DNA from: a virus
Taxonomy: Duplodnaviria; Caudoviricetes
Virus record (IMG/VR): IMGVR_UViG_3300032244_000667
Location: 3,839 to 67,838 of that record
Length of the DNA: 64,000 nt
Direction: 5' to 3' (one strand)
Shown: positions 19,711 to 29,425 of the stretch, in pieces
Numbering within the stretch: position 1 is the first letter of the stretch
Layout of the letters: each line of letters starts with the position of its first letter
The notes under the pieces: model-generated
Told to the model about the DNA's origin: nothing
Databases searched by the model: none
The model's input: only the letters and a program-made list of their open reading frames with translations
Translations under genes and position numbers: made by a program

Positions 19711-20028
19711 TTAGTTCTTGCATGATTTGATTACAAAGTCCTTGAGCTGTGAGGCGGGCATGATCCCATCACCATTGAAGGCGACAAGCTCGCACTCCGC
19801 ATCGAAGATGGCGATCTCGGGGGTGCCGTTGCCGGACTGGCCGGGCACCAACGACTCCAGGAATTCCCAGCCATCCTCGAGCACATCCATTTCACCCCAG
19901 CCCACCTGGAGCTCCGGATACTCCTCTGCAACCTCTCCGGCTACCTTTGCCCAAATAGGTTTCATGGCATCGCAAGCTGGACAACCAGGCTGACCAAACA
20001 AAACCACCCTGTACTTAAATTCGCTCAT
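19711..20028 (-). CDS. Thioredoxin-like protein
   Basis: FGQPGCPACDAMKPIW (CxxC), GTPEI cis-Pro motif; has a GGGAGG Shine-Dalgarno. Confidence 0.85.
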   Translation of the reverse strand: MSEFKYRVVLFGQPGCPACDAMKPIWAKVAGEVAEEYPELQVGWGEMDVLEDGWEFLESLVPGQSGNGTPEIAIFDAECELVAFNGDGIMPASQLKDFVIKSCKN

Positions 20029-20059
20029 AGTTCCTCCCGCTAGTTACGAATACACATGT

Positions 20060-20070
20060 ACTATAGCACA
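20060..20070 (-). promoter_or_regulatory. Putative host sigma70-type extended -10 promoter (TGTGCTATAGT) for the trx-sigma-nuclease operon
   Basis: TGnTATAGT in the short intergenic gap upstream of 20028. Confidence 0.55.
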
Positions 20071-20077
20071 AATTCCG

Positions 20078-21736
20078 TCACAAGTAGTTTGTCCGTATCG
20101 ATCCTCGTCCCAGCCTGCCTGTGGCTCTCTGTTGACCCCCCTGGTAATTAGCCACCGGCAAATGGATACGACTACCGCCATGAGCGGCTTTAGACGAATT
20201 CATGATCTCCTCCCTGTAGATCTTCAAGCCGGCACAAAACGAGTCGGTGAAATCGTCATGCTTGGTGTACGGGAAAGCCGTCAGCTCGGACATAAACTGG
20301 GGCAGGTTGGGGATATCTGAGTAAATCGATACCCTGCCGTCTTCGGCAACTGGAGCAACCTCGTTGGCCCTCAGGACCTTATCCTTGCTAGGGATGATCT
20401 CCCTCACCGGGATCTGGAGCTCCGTCCTCAGCATCTGAATCAACGGTAATCCGGACGCCCTGGCCTCTACATACAAGGTTCGCACCCTCCACATCTTCAA
20501 CCACACCGGCATAGCTTTAAGTAGCTCGGGGAACTCCATTTTCTCCGAATACACATGAAGCAGATGGAGCTTGCGAGTCTTTTTGACGACTCCGAATACG
20601 CAGATCACAGACGAGTCGTTCTCCTGACCCTTCTTCAGAGCAGTATCGGCAGTGGCGTAAACATACTCGTAGTTCTCCCGGTTTTTTTCGTGGTACTCGA
20701 ACCAAAAATCCTTAAATATCGCCCCACTCTCCCCCCTAGGATTCCCCTGATACAGCACCTCGAACGTCTTTTCATCCTGCTTTTTAATGGACTCTAGGGC
20801 TTTGATCGGGAAGAACTCCGGCCAGTGAGATTCTCCAAGCTTCCTACCCAACGGGTCGGTCTCCTCATCAATACACAGGGCGGGAACATTAAGCTGCTTC
20901 CATCCCTCCGGATCACTAGCAATCAGCCTCCCTGACACATCCTCTTTGTGGAACCTGGTACCGATACTGGCTACACAGTTATTGGGCAGGCCTCGGGTGA
21001 GAAACTGAGTCGCACACCAGGAAAAAGTTGATTCGAGGACTTGCGAGCTATTACCATCTTCCAAAAGGTCATCGAGGATGCCAATCCCGGGCAAGTCGTC
21101 TTCGCTGATTACTCCGTATCCGAATCCGGTCACACCACCCCCCGCCGATGCGGACATGATCAGTCCACCCTGCTCAGACCGAACCGTCTTCAGGTTAGAG
21201 TTTTTCTCTAGTACCAGGCACTCAGGAAAGACCCAGTGAAACGCTTCGCTGGTGGTGTAAGCCAATATCGCCCTAGAGTTCTCCTGTGACAGCTTTAGGG
21301 CGTATGAGGCCATAATCATCTGAGCCGTGGGAGATCTGCCTATCTGCCAACTGGGCATCAGCTTACTGAGAAGCATGGATTTTCCCGTCCTGGGTGGGAG
21401 GGATATCACCGTCCTCCTGTAGTCCGGTTCCCCATCACATATGCTCTGCACGTAGTGACAAATCAGCTCATGCACTTTGTATGGTACGAATGTACCGCTG
21501 CTAGATACCTCACGAGTGATATACTTAGCAAATGTTGTGAACTCTGTGCGGCACCGCAACCGCAACAGCTCTTTTCGATCATCAGTACCAAGCCCATCAA
21601 TTCTGGAGGTCATCTCGCGAACCAGGGCCTTCTCTTCCGCCAATTGGACCTTATTCACAATTCGTTTGGCCCTCTCGATCCGTAATGGCGTCGTATAGTG
21701 AGCTTTCACCCGGCACGGTGGGCGTAGCAACTCCAC
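20078..21736 (-). CDS. terL: Terminase large subunit (true start probably downstream, e.g. GTG 21658)
   Basis: Walker A SLPPRTGKS, Walker B GILDD, RuvC-like ATADTA and KHDDFTDS. Confidence 0.93.
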   Translation of the reverse strand: MELLRPPCRVKAHYTTPLRIERAKRIVNKVQLAEEKALVREMTSRIDGLGTDDRKELLRLRCRTEFTTFAKYITREVSSSGTFVPYKVHELICHYVQSICDGEPDYRRTVISLPPRTGKSMLLSKLMPSWQIGRSPTAQMIMASYALKLSQENSRAILAYTTSEAFHWVFPECLVLEKNSNLKTVRSEQGGLIMSASAGGGVTGFGYGVISEDDLPGIGILDDLLEDGNSSQVLESTFSWCATQFLTRGLPNNCVASIGTRFHKEDVSGRLIASDPEGWKQLNVPALCIDEETDPLGRKLGESHWPEFFPIKALESIKKQDEKTFEVLYQGNPRGESGAIFKDFWFEYHEKNRENYEYVYATADTALKKGQENDSSVICVFGVVKKTRKLHLLHVYSEKMEFPELLKAMPVWLKMWRVRTLYVEARASGLPLIQMLRTELQIPVREIIPSKDKVLRANEVAPVAEDGRVSIYSDIPNLPQFMSELTAFPYTKHDDFTDSFCAGLKIYREEIMNSSKAAHGGSRIHLPVANYQGGQQRATGRLGRGSIRTNYL

Positions 21737-24605
21737 TCACCAATCCAGTACCCTTTAGTATCCCGATCTGATCCGGTGACAGCACCGAGTCCAGGAGCTG
21801 CCTGGGCTGTGGTGATGTCTCGCCCAGTTTCGACTCGGCGCTGATAGCCAGGATCCGGTCTCGGTCGAACAGAGTGCGTTCGGAGGGGTATGGGGCAGGG
21901 ATAGCCGGCCCATAAGTGCCCAGCACCGAGCCGTAGTCGACACCGGGGGTCAGGCTGCGCCACTCTTTATCCGCCTGGGTAATTCCCCCCCGCAAGATCT
22001 TCAGGGCCTCGGCACGGTTCTTTTGCCCCAGAGCCGCCAGTCCAGGTATATTGGCGAACGAATTGGCTAAGTTACTTGTCACCCGCACCCCTGCACTCCC
22101 ACCCCTCTTTACCTGGTCGAGTTTTTTCACAAACTTGTACAGGTCTCGGATAGCTTGAGCGTTCTCCCGTGCATCGTTGATAATTCCTGGAAGAACCCCA
22201 CCCTCCTTCTTGTACACAATGTTTGTAAGGAGATTGTACATCGAGTCGATCAGTTTTCGTTCTACCGACTCCACACCCGTGATGTTGTTGTCAGCGGTCT
22301 TAAACGACTTCTCAACGGCTTCGAAGGTATACGCCATTTCGGCCATATGCTCAGGGAGGTCGGCAAATCTCGCAGCATTAAACCTCTCCGCCATATCCCT
22401 TACCCGACTTACCTGCTCGACCATTTTGGTTAGGTCGGCCCGGTTAGATGGAATAAGATTTGATCCCACCAGGGTGTTGGTGAGACCCTGAGCTTGTGCC
22501 ACAGGACCCGTGTTGTTGGGGACTGGGACTCCCGATGGGTTATATGAGTTGGCATTGTTAGCCGTAAGTGCCCCGCATTTCTCGAGCAAATTATTGCCGT
22601 CGCTATCCTCCCCGTGAGAGACTTTGCGGCACTTGGGTCCACACGGACAATCAGAATTCGACCCAAAAACTCCCTTCAGACCTTTAACACCGTTGATGAT
22701 TGTCACGGCAGAATTGAAACCACCACCGACAAGCTCGTTGAGTTGGTCGATCCCGATACCGCCATTCCCTAACAGTTTTGTCATCGATTCGGCCTGTCCA
22801 ATGAGGCCCATGGCGGTGGTGGCCAGAACCGGCAACGACCCCAACCCGGACGGTAACTTAGACACCGCATCTAGATTTGATAATGACCCGAACAGTTTCG
22901 GTATCTCACCTAATGACCCAGATGTCAACCCCGACACCACACTACTCAGCAGTGCCGGGCTCACTACATTGGCCCCGATCGCCGTGTTAATTGTTCCGGT
23001 AACCGCACCAATCAGTCCGCCACCCGTGGCGGAGTTGAGGATAGTACCCAAGGTGGCCGGATACGCCGACGCCAACAGATCCTGAGCGATATCGATAACC
23101 GGTCCGACATACTTGCTCACTTCGGGAGGTAGTTCATCCAACCCAACCGCCACCGCGCTGTCGATAGCTCCGGCTATTCCGCCACTCATCAGACCGGTCA
23201 TTACCGATGCGGTCCGGGGCTCGAGAGTCAGCAACGCACTGCGGAGGGTGTCTTGACCGATCTGGAGCAATGCGGAACTGGTATCTCCTGTCACAACCCC
23301 GTTCACCAATACGTCCGCTGCGGCACCCACCCCCGCCAAAATGGTCCCGGTTTCCGGTGTCAATGAGCCGTTGTCATCGAGTTCGTCCCGGATCGTCTGG
23401 AACAACGTCTCGATGGGGATACCGGTCTGGCTAGACAACACTTCCCGGGCCGCCTGCTGCAACGTATCGGCCCCATCAAATGCGGTTTCGGGCACCAGTG
23501 ATGCGGCTTGCAGCAGAGCTTTGAGGGCCGGATCAGTGCCTGTGAGGGTAATGTTCCGGACCGTGGCGTCGAAAGCCACCCCGGCCACGTCCCCAGCGAC
23601 CCAATCGTAGTTCTGCACTGGAACAGCCTCCTCCTCCAGCGCCTTGACCGGCTTGTAGCTGGTCGTGAACTCGACACGGGTTAGCGGTTTGTCCAGGGTG
23701 TGAAACTTGTGGGGGAGACGCTGACCCTGCTTCACCCACATCATCAAACCCTGGTACCTTTGACATATCAGGAGCTCGGAATTGTTCCCATCATCGGATA
23801 CGGCCTCCATCCCATGGAGTTTTTCGGTACAGTTGGGCATTATGGACCGGAAATACGGGGGTACCGCACTGCTGGGACGCCAACCCCACGACTTGTTCTC
23901 ATCCCGTTGACATATCATCTTCATGGTACGGAACCCTCGATCTTCTGAGAATTCGTGTTCCTCACCGGCTAGTGCCTCACTGCACTCCGGGATGCCTGGG
24001 TTCCTCTTCTGGCCCTGCTCAATCGCCAGTGTGGTCTCGTTGCCGGGGTTGATACCCTTCTCCACCCACAACCCGTTGGTGATGGATTTCCAGGCCCAGG
24101 CCGGCTTAGACCCCACCTGCTTGCTGGTGCGGCGTAAACACACCACAACGTCCTGGTTCATCTCATTGCTGAGGATATATACCCTGCCCTGATTACCCTC
24201 GTTACACGACATCCCCTGGTCGGTGGATCCATTCCACACCGCCATGCTCTCATCGATTACCGGTAGTTGTAGCGGGTTGCCGTTAATCCCCACACCCGGG
24301 TCGCTCCGGATCACACCGATCACGTACATGTCGTCTGAACGGCCACCCCGTTTGCCTACCAATACCTGAGCCCCAATATACCTCGCGCTTAACGTCCCAC
24401 TGCTCGATCCGGATACCGGTATCCAGGATGATGTGATCTGATCGTCGGTCCTCACCTTAACCCTGCCCAACTTAAGAGGGTCATTTACATCCGCAATCAC
24501 CCCCTCCTCATTAAACGGGTCGGAGTACGGGACACCTAGCGCCTCAATTATCCTGGTTTGAGCTTGCGCCATCGACGCAATAGGGATAAACGGATTCTTG
24601 TTCAA
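21651..24605 (-). CDS. Baseplate central spike, gp5/VgrG-like
   Basis: N-terminal OB-fold GVIADVNDPLKLGRVKV..WIPV; located in the baseplate operon. Confidence 0.75.
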   Translation of the reverse strand: MNKNPFIPIASMAQAQTRIIEALGVPYSDPFNEEGVIADVNDPLKLGRVKVRTDDQITSSWIPVSGSSSGTLSARYIGAQVLVGKRGGRSDDMYVIGVIRSDPGVGINGNPLQLPVIDESMAVWNGSTDQGMSCNEGNQGRVYILSNEMNQDVVVCLRRTSKQVGSKPAWAWKSITNGLWVEKGINPGNETTLAIEQGQKRNPGIPECSEALAGEEHEFSEDRGFRTMKMICQRDENKSWGWRPSSAVPPYFRSIMPNCTEKLHGMEAVSDDGNNSELLICQRYQGLMMWVKQGQRLPHKFHTLDKPLTRVEFTTSYKPVKALEEEAVPVQNYDWVAGDVAGVAFDATVRNITLTGTDPALKALLQAASLVPETAFDGADTLQQAAREVLSSQTGIPIETLFQTIRDELDDNGSLTPETGTILAGVGAAADVLVNGVVTGDTSSALLQIGQDTLRSALLTLEPRTASVMTGLMSGGIAGAIDSAVAVGLDELPPEVSKYVGPVIDIAQDLLASAYPATLGTILNSATGGGLIGAVTGTINTAIGANVVSPALLSSVVSGLTSGSLGEIPKLFGSLSNLDAVSKLPSGLGSLPVLATTAMGLIGQAESMTKLLGNGGIGIDQLNELVGGGFNSAVTIINGVKGLKGVFGSNSDCPCGPKCRKVSHGEDSDGNNLLEKCGALTANNANSYNPSGVPVPNNTGPVAQAQGLTNTLVGSNLIPSNRADLTKMVEQVSRVRDMAERFNAARFADLPEHMAEMAYTFEAVEKSFKTADNNITGVESVERKLIDSMYNLLTNIVYKKEGGVLPGIINDARENAQAIRDLYKFVKKLDQVKRGGSAGVRVTSNLANSFANIPGLAALGQKNRAEALKILRGGITQADKEWRSLTPGVDYGSVLGTYGPAIPAPYPSERTLFDRDRILAISAESKLGETSPQPRQLLDSVLSPDQIGILKGTGLVSGVATPTVPGESSLYDAITDREGQTNCE
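21702..21710 (-). promoter_or_regulatory. Variant late element GGTGAAAGC, candidate terminase promoter
   Basis: One mismatch; followed by TCACTAT, keeping the YA; 52 nt upstream of GTG 21658. Confidence 0.4.
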
Positions 24606-26506
24606 CTTACGACCTCAGGTTCAAAGAACACATCGTCGGCAACCACCAAATCGGCCACCGAATACGCATATTGTACGCGATTTATAGATGTACTTGGAGA
24701 ATAGTTATCCATCACCGAGACAACAGAGTCCCAGCTACGACCATTCCGGTTGTAGTAAAAAGGCATACGGATGACCGTTGTATTGGCAGACAACTCATCC
24801 TGACACGTACTGATACCTGCGATAAGCTGGTTGGGGTAGTTGGCTACTTCCGCATCTGTGTCGGTGCCAGCCCTTAGCACATCAACAATGTACGGCATGT
24901 TGATGGGGGCATTGAGCTCGCGATCCCTCAGTCCACTCCGGATAACGAATGTCCCTGTACCTGAGTCGTACCGCAGCTCTTCGGGGGTGTGGGCTTTAAT
25001 ACCCAGGGCCCAGAACATAAACAGCAGAGTCAATGTGCTACCGCGAGAAGGTAAAATACCCTGCCAACGGGATACATCTACTACCAGGTTGTTAAAAGTC
25101 CCGATTGTCGTGAGATCGGTAGTTGTATTGTACACTCGGCCGCTATACCTATACGAAGTGGTGACAACCCCTGTACCCGAATTAACTTGGACCCTCTCGA
25201 TCCTCCCCATATCGACGCGGCGCAGCGTATCTAGTGAAGGGTCCTGGGTCCACATAGATCCGGACACCGCGTTAACGTGGGCGTTTTGGAGCAAGAGGCG
25301 TTTGGTGGCATTAGGCCACTCAAGGTCCCATAGTCCGCCTACAAACCCGAGGTGCTGGGCTAGCCAGTCCAGGTTGAGGGGATAGCAGGTATCCGGATCG
25401 AGGTAGGTGCGGTAGAAGTTATCCAGGGTGTGTTTGGTCCCAGACAGCAAGTCGTCGGCCCCTGCCGTCAGCCACTTTGCCGGGGTATCTGGTTCGTCGG
25501 GGTTGTTGTAGGTCCCCTCGACCCCAGGCAACCTCCCGTATACCGGCCTCCCAATCCGGTCATCAACCGAAACCCTCGACCCCCGTATACCGGACATCAT
25601 CACCTCTATACCTGACTTATACAGCCCGGTTAGGGCCCCATAAGCCGCTATGGCAAATTGTCTATTCGTCAGGTTTACATTCCAGATCGAATCGATAGAG
25701 TCCGATACAAACTCGTACCAGGCCGGATCGAGATCAGACTGCAGGGCGCTTAACAACCTATCACGTACTGCCGTCTCAACTGCCACTGTCGCCTGGTCCG
25801 TTCCCAGCAATGCCCGGACGAAGTTGTCAACCGAATCGGTCAAAGAACGGACCGTGACCGAATCCGCATAGCGGGTAGTAATAACTCGTCTCGTAAACGT
25901 TTCCGACGAGTATGTGTTAGGTGGGAGGTAGATGGTGGCTGGGATACTAGCTACCCAGGGTACATTGATCGTCCCGGCTCCAGCCGGCAAGCTAAACTTC
26001 CCCCGGGTGATGCTACGTAGCGTAACCTTGTCGGTACCGAATACGAAATAGTACAGACCAGATACCGTAAGGGAGTTGTATCTCCAGCGGTCATTTGATA
26101 CGCGGCTCAGTGTTCCGATCCCACACTTACCCCTCTGACACCCTGTATTGTTTCCAGTTCCCTCACACTCCGCCCCCACTCTAGCGCAATTCTCTAGTCC
26201 GTTTCTGAGTGGTATTCCGTGCCCCAACACCACCAGCCCCTCGCCGAGCAGAACCGGGGCGATATACACATGGGCTACCGATTTGTATAAGGTATTTCCG
26301 TAAAGTTTCTCGATCTGTTCGTTGCGTCCCGATGTCAACTGGGCATCTAGTCCGGGTCTAAAGTCAACACGCCCCAGGGTGTGGGAGAATATCTTACTGG
26401 ATCGGCGATTCTCGAATTCGTAAACTATACGTCCTGCTCCCTTAGTAAACGCTGGCGACAGGGTTTTTTTAGCCGCCCCCCGGTCCCAAGTACTGTTAGA
26501 CAACAC
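24602..26506 (-). CDS. Baseplate wedge protein, P2 gpI-like
   Basis: YLDPDTCYPLNLDWLAQHLGFVGGLWDLEWP..KRLLL signature; follows gpJ. Confidence 0.75.
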   Translation of the reverse strand: MLSNSTWDRGAAKKTLSPAFTKGAGRIVYEFENRRSSKIFSHTLGRVDFRPGLDAQLTSGRNEQIEKLYGNTLYKSVAHVYIAPVLLGEGLVVLGHGIPLRNGLENCARVGAECEGTGNNTGCQRGKCGIGTLSRVSNDRWRYNSLTVSGLYYFVFGTDKVTLRSITRGKFSLPAGAGTINVPWVASIPATIYLPPNTYSSETFTRRVITTRYADSVTVRSLTDSVDNFVRALLGTDQATVAVETAVRDRLLSALQSDLDPAWYEFVSDSIDSIWNVNLTNRQFAIAAYGALTGLYKSGIEVMMSGIRGSRVSVDDRIGRPVYGRLPGVEGTYNNPDEPDTPAKWLTAGADDLLSGTKHTLDNFYRTYLDPDTCYPLNLDWLAQHLGFVGGLWDLEWPNATKRLLLQNAHVNAVSGSMWTQDPSLDTLRRVDMGRIERVQVNSGTGVVTTSYRYSGRVYNTTTDLTTIGTFNNLVVDVSRWQGILPSRGSTLTLLFMFWALGIKAHTPEELRYDSGTGTFVIRSGLRDRELNAPINMPYIVDVLRAGTDTDAEVANYPNQLIAGISTCQDELSANTTVIRMPFYYNRNGRSWDSVVSVMDNYSPSTSINRVQYAYSVADLVVADDVFFEPEVVS

Positions 26507-27788
26507 TGTATAGTTCCTCGTACGTGTAGGTTAGAGTGCTAAAATCCACCACCGATGTGAGTGATACTATAGCCCTGTAAAGCCTGAATCCAGATGTCGA
26601 ATCCGGAACCGACAACGGAGTAACCGATACCTTATCAATTACTTGCTCGTACTCATACGTGCACGTGTCATTCACTTCGTCCTCAACACCCAAGAACCTC
26701 CCGCAATATCCATCAGTGGCCCCGGTAATATCCGGATCCAGAGCCATCTGTTTGATATCCAGCACGGGGATGTCTACTACAAAATCTAGGGCCAGCAACT
26801 CCCGTAGAACACTTGACCCGGATAGGTTGTTACCCAGCCCGATAGCTGAAGGGTAGATGAGATCGGTCAGCAGGGTCTTGACCTGATTGGCCAGGGTATC
26901 GGTGAAAGTAGTCGTGACCCTAGGGTCCCATTGGATGCTGGCGACCACCTCTACCGGCAATACCGTAGGAGCGGACAAATACACTTTTACATCTAGTGGT
27001 ACCCTATCCCGCAGCGATGTCAGTAAAAGGGATTGAGTAGGCACACTTAGCTGACTGCCATCGTCACCACCAGCCACAACATACACACCCCGGGATTCAA
27101 CACCAAACCTATCCTCATACGACATAACCCTCACTAGTGTAGCCTCGGGAGCAATAGCGAACACTTCCCCCTCAAAGTCAGCCCGGGATGTCAAGTTACG
27201 CCTACCGAACAGCTCAAACGCCCTCAACTTCATGTCGTCAACGGTCTCGAGATCTGCTCCTCCGGCCGCCGGAGAGTTATTGGTCACCAGATCTAGTCCG
27301 AGGAAATTTCTCTCTACCCGTCCTATACTGCCGGCTGGGACGTTATATACCGTGCCCCACCGTTCAGATTGGGCCGTGACAGTAGCGCTGGAACCCGTCA
27401 TCCGTACCTGATCCAGGAGTACGAACACCTGTCCGGAATTGGCGTAGACTTTTGTTCCGGCCGGGATAGTCACGGGGCGGGTGTACCCAGGAACCCTGAA
27501 AAAAGTCACATCGACGAGGGCTCGGGAGCCAATTCGACGTTGAACCCCCAAACTACGCAACCACTGGATCGTTACCGCCTCGGGCAGGGAATTCAGGTAG
27601 TAAAGTAGTTCGGCTTGGGCAAATCCCTGCCCTTCGCTAATTGCTGCCAGGGGAGATGCCGACGTGAAATCAGTTAGCTGTCCACCCGACTCAATGTGGA
27701 TCCGGGATTGAATAGCCCGAACGACCTCATTGACGTTTCTGCTGTCAAGCTGTAGCGGGAGTAACGGTCCGAATATCTCAGTTGCCAT
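26496..27788 (-). CDS. Baseplate J-like wedge protein
   Basis: IPAGTKV, VYNVPAGSI, GGADLETVDDM, synteny in baseplate operon. Confidence 0.85.
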   Translation of the reverse strand: MATEIFGPLLPLQLDSRNVNEVVRAIQSRIHIESGGQLTDFTSASPLAAISEGQGFAQAELLYYLNSLPEAVTIQWLRSLGVQRRIGSRALVDVTFFRVPGYTRPVTIPAGTKVYANSGQVFVLLDQVRMTGSSATVTAQSERWGTVYNVPAGSIGRVERNFLGLDLVTNNSPAAGGADLETVDDMKLRAFELFGRRNLTSRADFEGEVFAIAPEATLVRVMSYEDRFGVESRGVYVVAGGDDGSQLSVPTQSLLLTSLRDRVPLDVKVYLSAPTVLPVEVVASIQWDPRVTTTFTDTLANQVKTLLTDLIYPSAIGLGNNLSGSSVLRELLALDFVVDIPVLDIKQMALDPDITGATDGYCGRFLGVEDEVNDTCTYEYEQVIDKVSVTPLSVPDSTSGFRLYRAIVSLTSVVDFSTLTYTYEELYSVV

Positions 27789-27800
27789 GGTGATTGGTTA

Positions 27801-28820
27801 TCAGTCGAAAGTGGAGGTGCGGGAACGTTGTGAATAAGGCAGACCGGTATCGGCATTTTCAGAGGCGTAATCCGGTACCAGAGTTACGTCGATAAAGTCA
27901 CCGTTAGAGTCGGTAGCCGGGTCGTAGACGGTATAACCGTTCATTCCGACAACTATTTCGGATAGGTCGACGCTATACATAATCTGGTCGGACGGACTCA
28001 TAGAGCCAATACCGCTCAGATCTTTCAAGGTGCCGATTGTGCCCAGACCAGCGATGGCCCGATTCGTGCCCCGGATATCTGAGATGTCCGCTAGAGACAT
28101 CAGCGTGGCAAGTCCGGGACGGAGCAAATCGTCTAGGGGCTGGAGGGTTGCATATCCCTGATACCCCTCGGTTAACGACTTGACAATGCTGTCTGGGAGA
28201 TTTGTACCGTCCGTACCCATACCAGGATACGCAACACCGCTGAAGTAGTCAGAGGGAGTAAGATACCCCGTCGGAAAACCAACACCGCTGGAGTCGCTAT
28301 CGAGACTGGTACTGTCATCAAGCTCGATGCGGGTTCCGGCTGGCAACTTGTCCAGCTTGTTGTGGGTGACGCTGGAGGCCAATTGGCTATACAGATCTAG
28401 ATCTGCCACTGACCCTGCCAAATCGTCTTTTACCCGCTGGGTGTCTAGTGTGATCCCCAACCCGTCCATAACGTATTCAAACGCGTCGGTTAGGGATGAC
28501 TCGTATGTAGAAAACTCGTTATAAGCTTGCAACACCCCCGAATAGATCCTATCGGACCACACAGATAGCGGTTGGCCTTGCCCGTCGATAAACTTGGCAA
28601 AGTCCTGCCCCCGGCCGTATTCAGCCGTCAAAGCATTCCCCATACTGACCCGATCGAGGCGGTTGCCGATCACATCGCTGGAGGGTGTCGGACCTAGAAA
28701 ACCCGTAACCGATTTACGCCGCACCTGGTTAGCGACTTCCGGATACCGATCTGGAGAGCCGTAAGCTACCGCTGCCAGCCCGGATATTGTCGACCAGGAG
28801 TCGGTCAGATACGTTGCCAC
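27801..28820 (-). CDS. Tail/baseplate protein with gpX/LysM-like N-terminus
   Basis: TDSWSTISGLAAVAYGSPDRYPEVANQ resembles gpX/LysM; first gene after a minus-strand late motif. Confidence 0.6.
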   Translation of the reverse strand: MATYLTDSWSTISGLAAVAYGSPDRYPEVANQVRRKSVTGFLGPTPSSDVIGNRLDRVSMGNALTAEYGRGQDFAKFIDGQGQPLSVWSDRIYSGVLQAYNEFSTYESSLTDAFEYVMDGLGITLDTQRVKDDLAGSVADLDLYSQLASSVTHNKLDKLPAGTRIELDDSTSLDSDSSGVGFPTGYLTPSDYFSGVAYPGMGTDGTNLPDSIVKSLTEGYQGYATLQPLDDLLRPGLATLMSLADISDIRGTNRAIAGLGTIGTLKDLSGIGSMSPSDQIMYSVDLSEIVVGMNGYTVYDPATDSNGDFIDVTLVPDYASENADTGLPYSQRSRTSTFD

Positions 28821-28844
28821 GGCAGATGTTCAGTCTTCTACAGG

Positions 28845-28853
28845 GCTTTCAAC
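28845..28853 (-). promoter_or_regulatory. Putative late promoter element GTTGAAAGC (baseplate operon)
   Basis: GCTTTCAAC on + strand, 33 nt upstream of GTG 28820. Confidence 0.8.
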
Positions 28854-28854
28854 G

Positions 28855-28863
28855 GTTGAAAGC
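28855..28863 (+). promoter_or_regulatory. Putative late promoter element GTTGAAAGC
   Basis: Exact motif 30 nt upstream of GTG 28885; forms a 9-1-9 palindrome with its partner. Confidence 0.8.
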
Positions 28864-28884
28864 AGGGTAGAAGCTATTAATTCC

Positions 28885-29361
28885 GTGGAAGCAACCGTAC
28901 AAACACTCACGACATCACTGCCTGGCGAAGAACCTTTCATTGGGGATGGAGCCGAAGGAGAGCTGATCACCAACACGGCCGATGGCAGGTTGTGGGCGGC
29001 GGATGTTGCCGGCAACCCGATCGAGCTGGGTGGCGCATGCGTCAACCGACCTATCAACGGCAATTTGTTCGCCGGAAATTACCTCGATCTCGACGTCACC
29101 AATCCGGATAATTTGCCGGTGCCGGTCCCCAATCCCAACAATGTTCCGTCGGGTTTTTACCGAGAATTACGCATCCTGTTGAGATTTGTCGGTACCCCGC
29201 TTCAGACATTTACTACGTATTTTGACTACGACGTCGATTGGGGAGAAGGTGTACACCCCAGCAGCTACGCCCAGACCGGCTCACTGGTTCTTGTCGAACT
29301 GTGCTCATTCGGGCCTAGTCCGGCATGGCTGGGACACGTTGTGTGGCATCGAGTCCCCTAG
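28885..29361 (+). CDS. Tail-fibre-associated small protein
   Basis: GELITNTADGRLW tail-fibre N-terminal-type motif; late motif upstream; precedes the main fibre. Confidence 0.55.
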   Translation: MEATVQTLTTSLPGEEPFIGDGAEGELITNTADGRLWAADVAGNPIELGGACVNRPINGNLFAGNYLDLDVTNPDNLPVPVPNPNNVPSGFYRELRILLRFVGTPLQTFTTYFDYDVDWGEGVHPSSYAQTGSLVLVELCSFGPSPAWLGHVVWHRVP

Positions 29362-29382
29362 TACTTCACTGTCTCAGGTTGT

Positions 29383-29391
29383 GTTGAAAGC
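29383..29391 (+). promoter_or_regulatory. Putative late promoter element GTTGAAAGC
   Basis: Exact motif 43 nt upstream of GTG 29426. Confidence 0.8.
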
Positions 29392-29425
29392 CTTGTAGAA
29401 GAATCAGCCAATCCCGTCATCACCT

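Noticed and set aside
21651-21736. 86-nt overlap between spike and terminase genes
   Set aside because: Probably an over-extended ORF call; a downstream GTG (21658) or ATG fits better with the variant promoter at 21702-21710.
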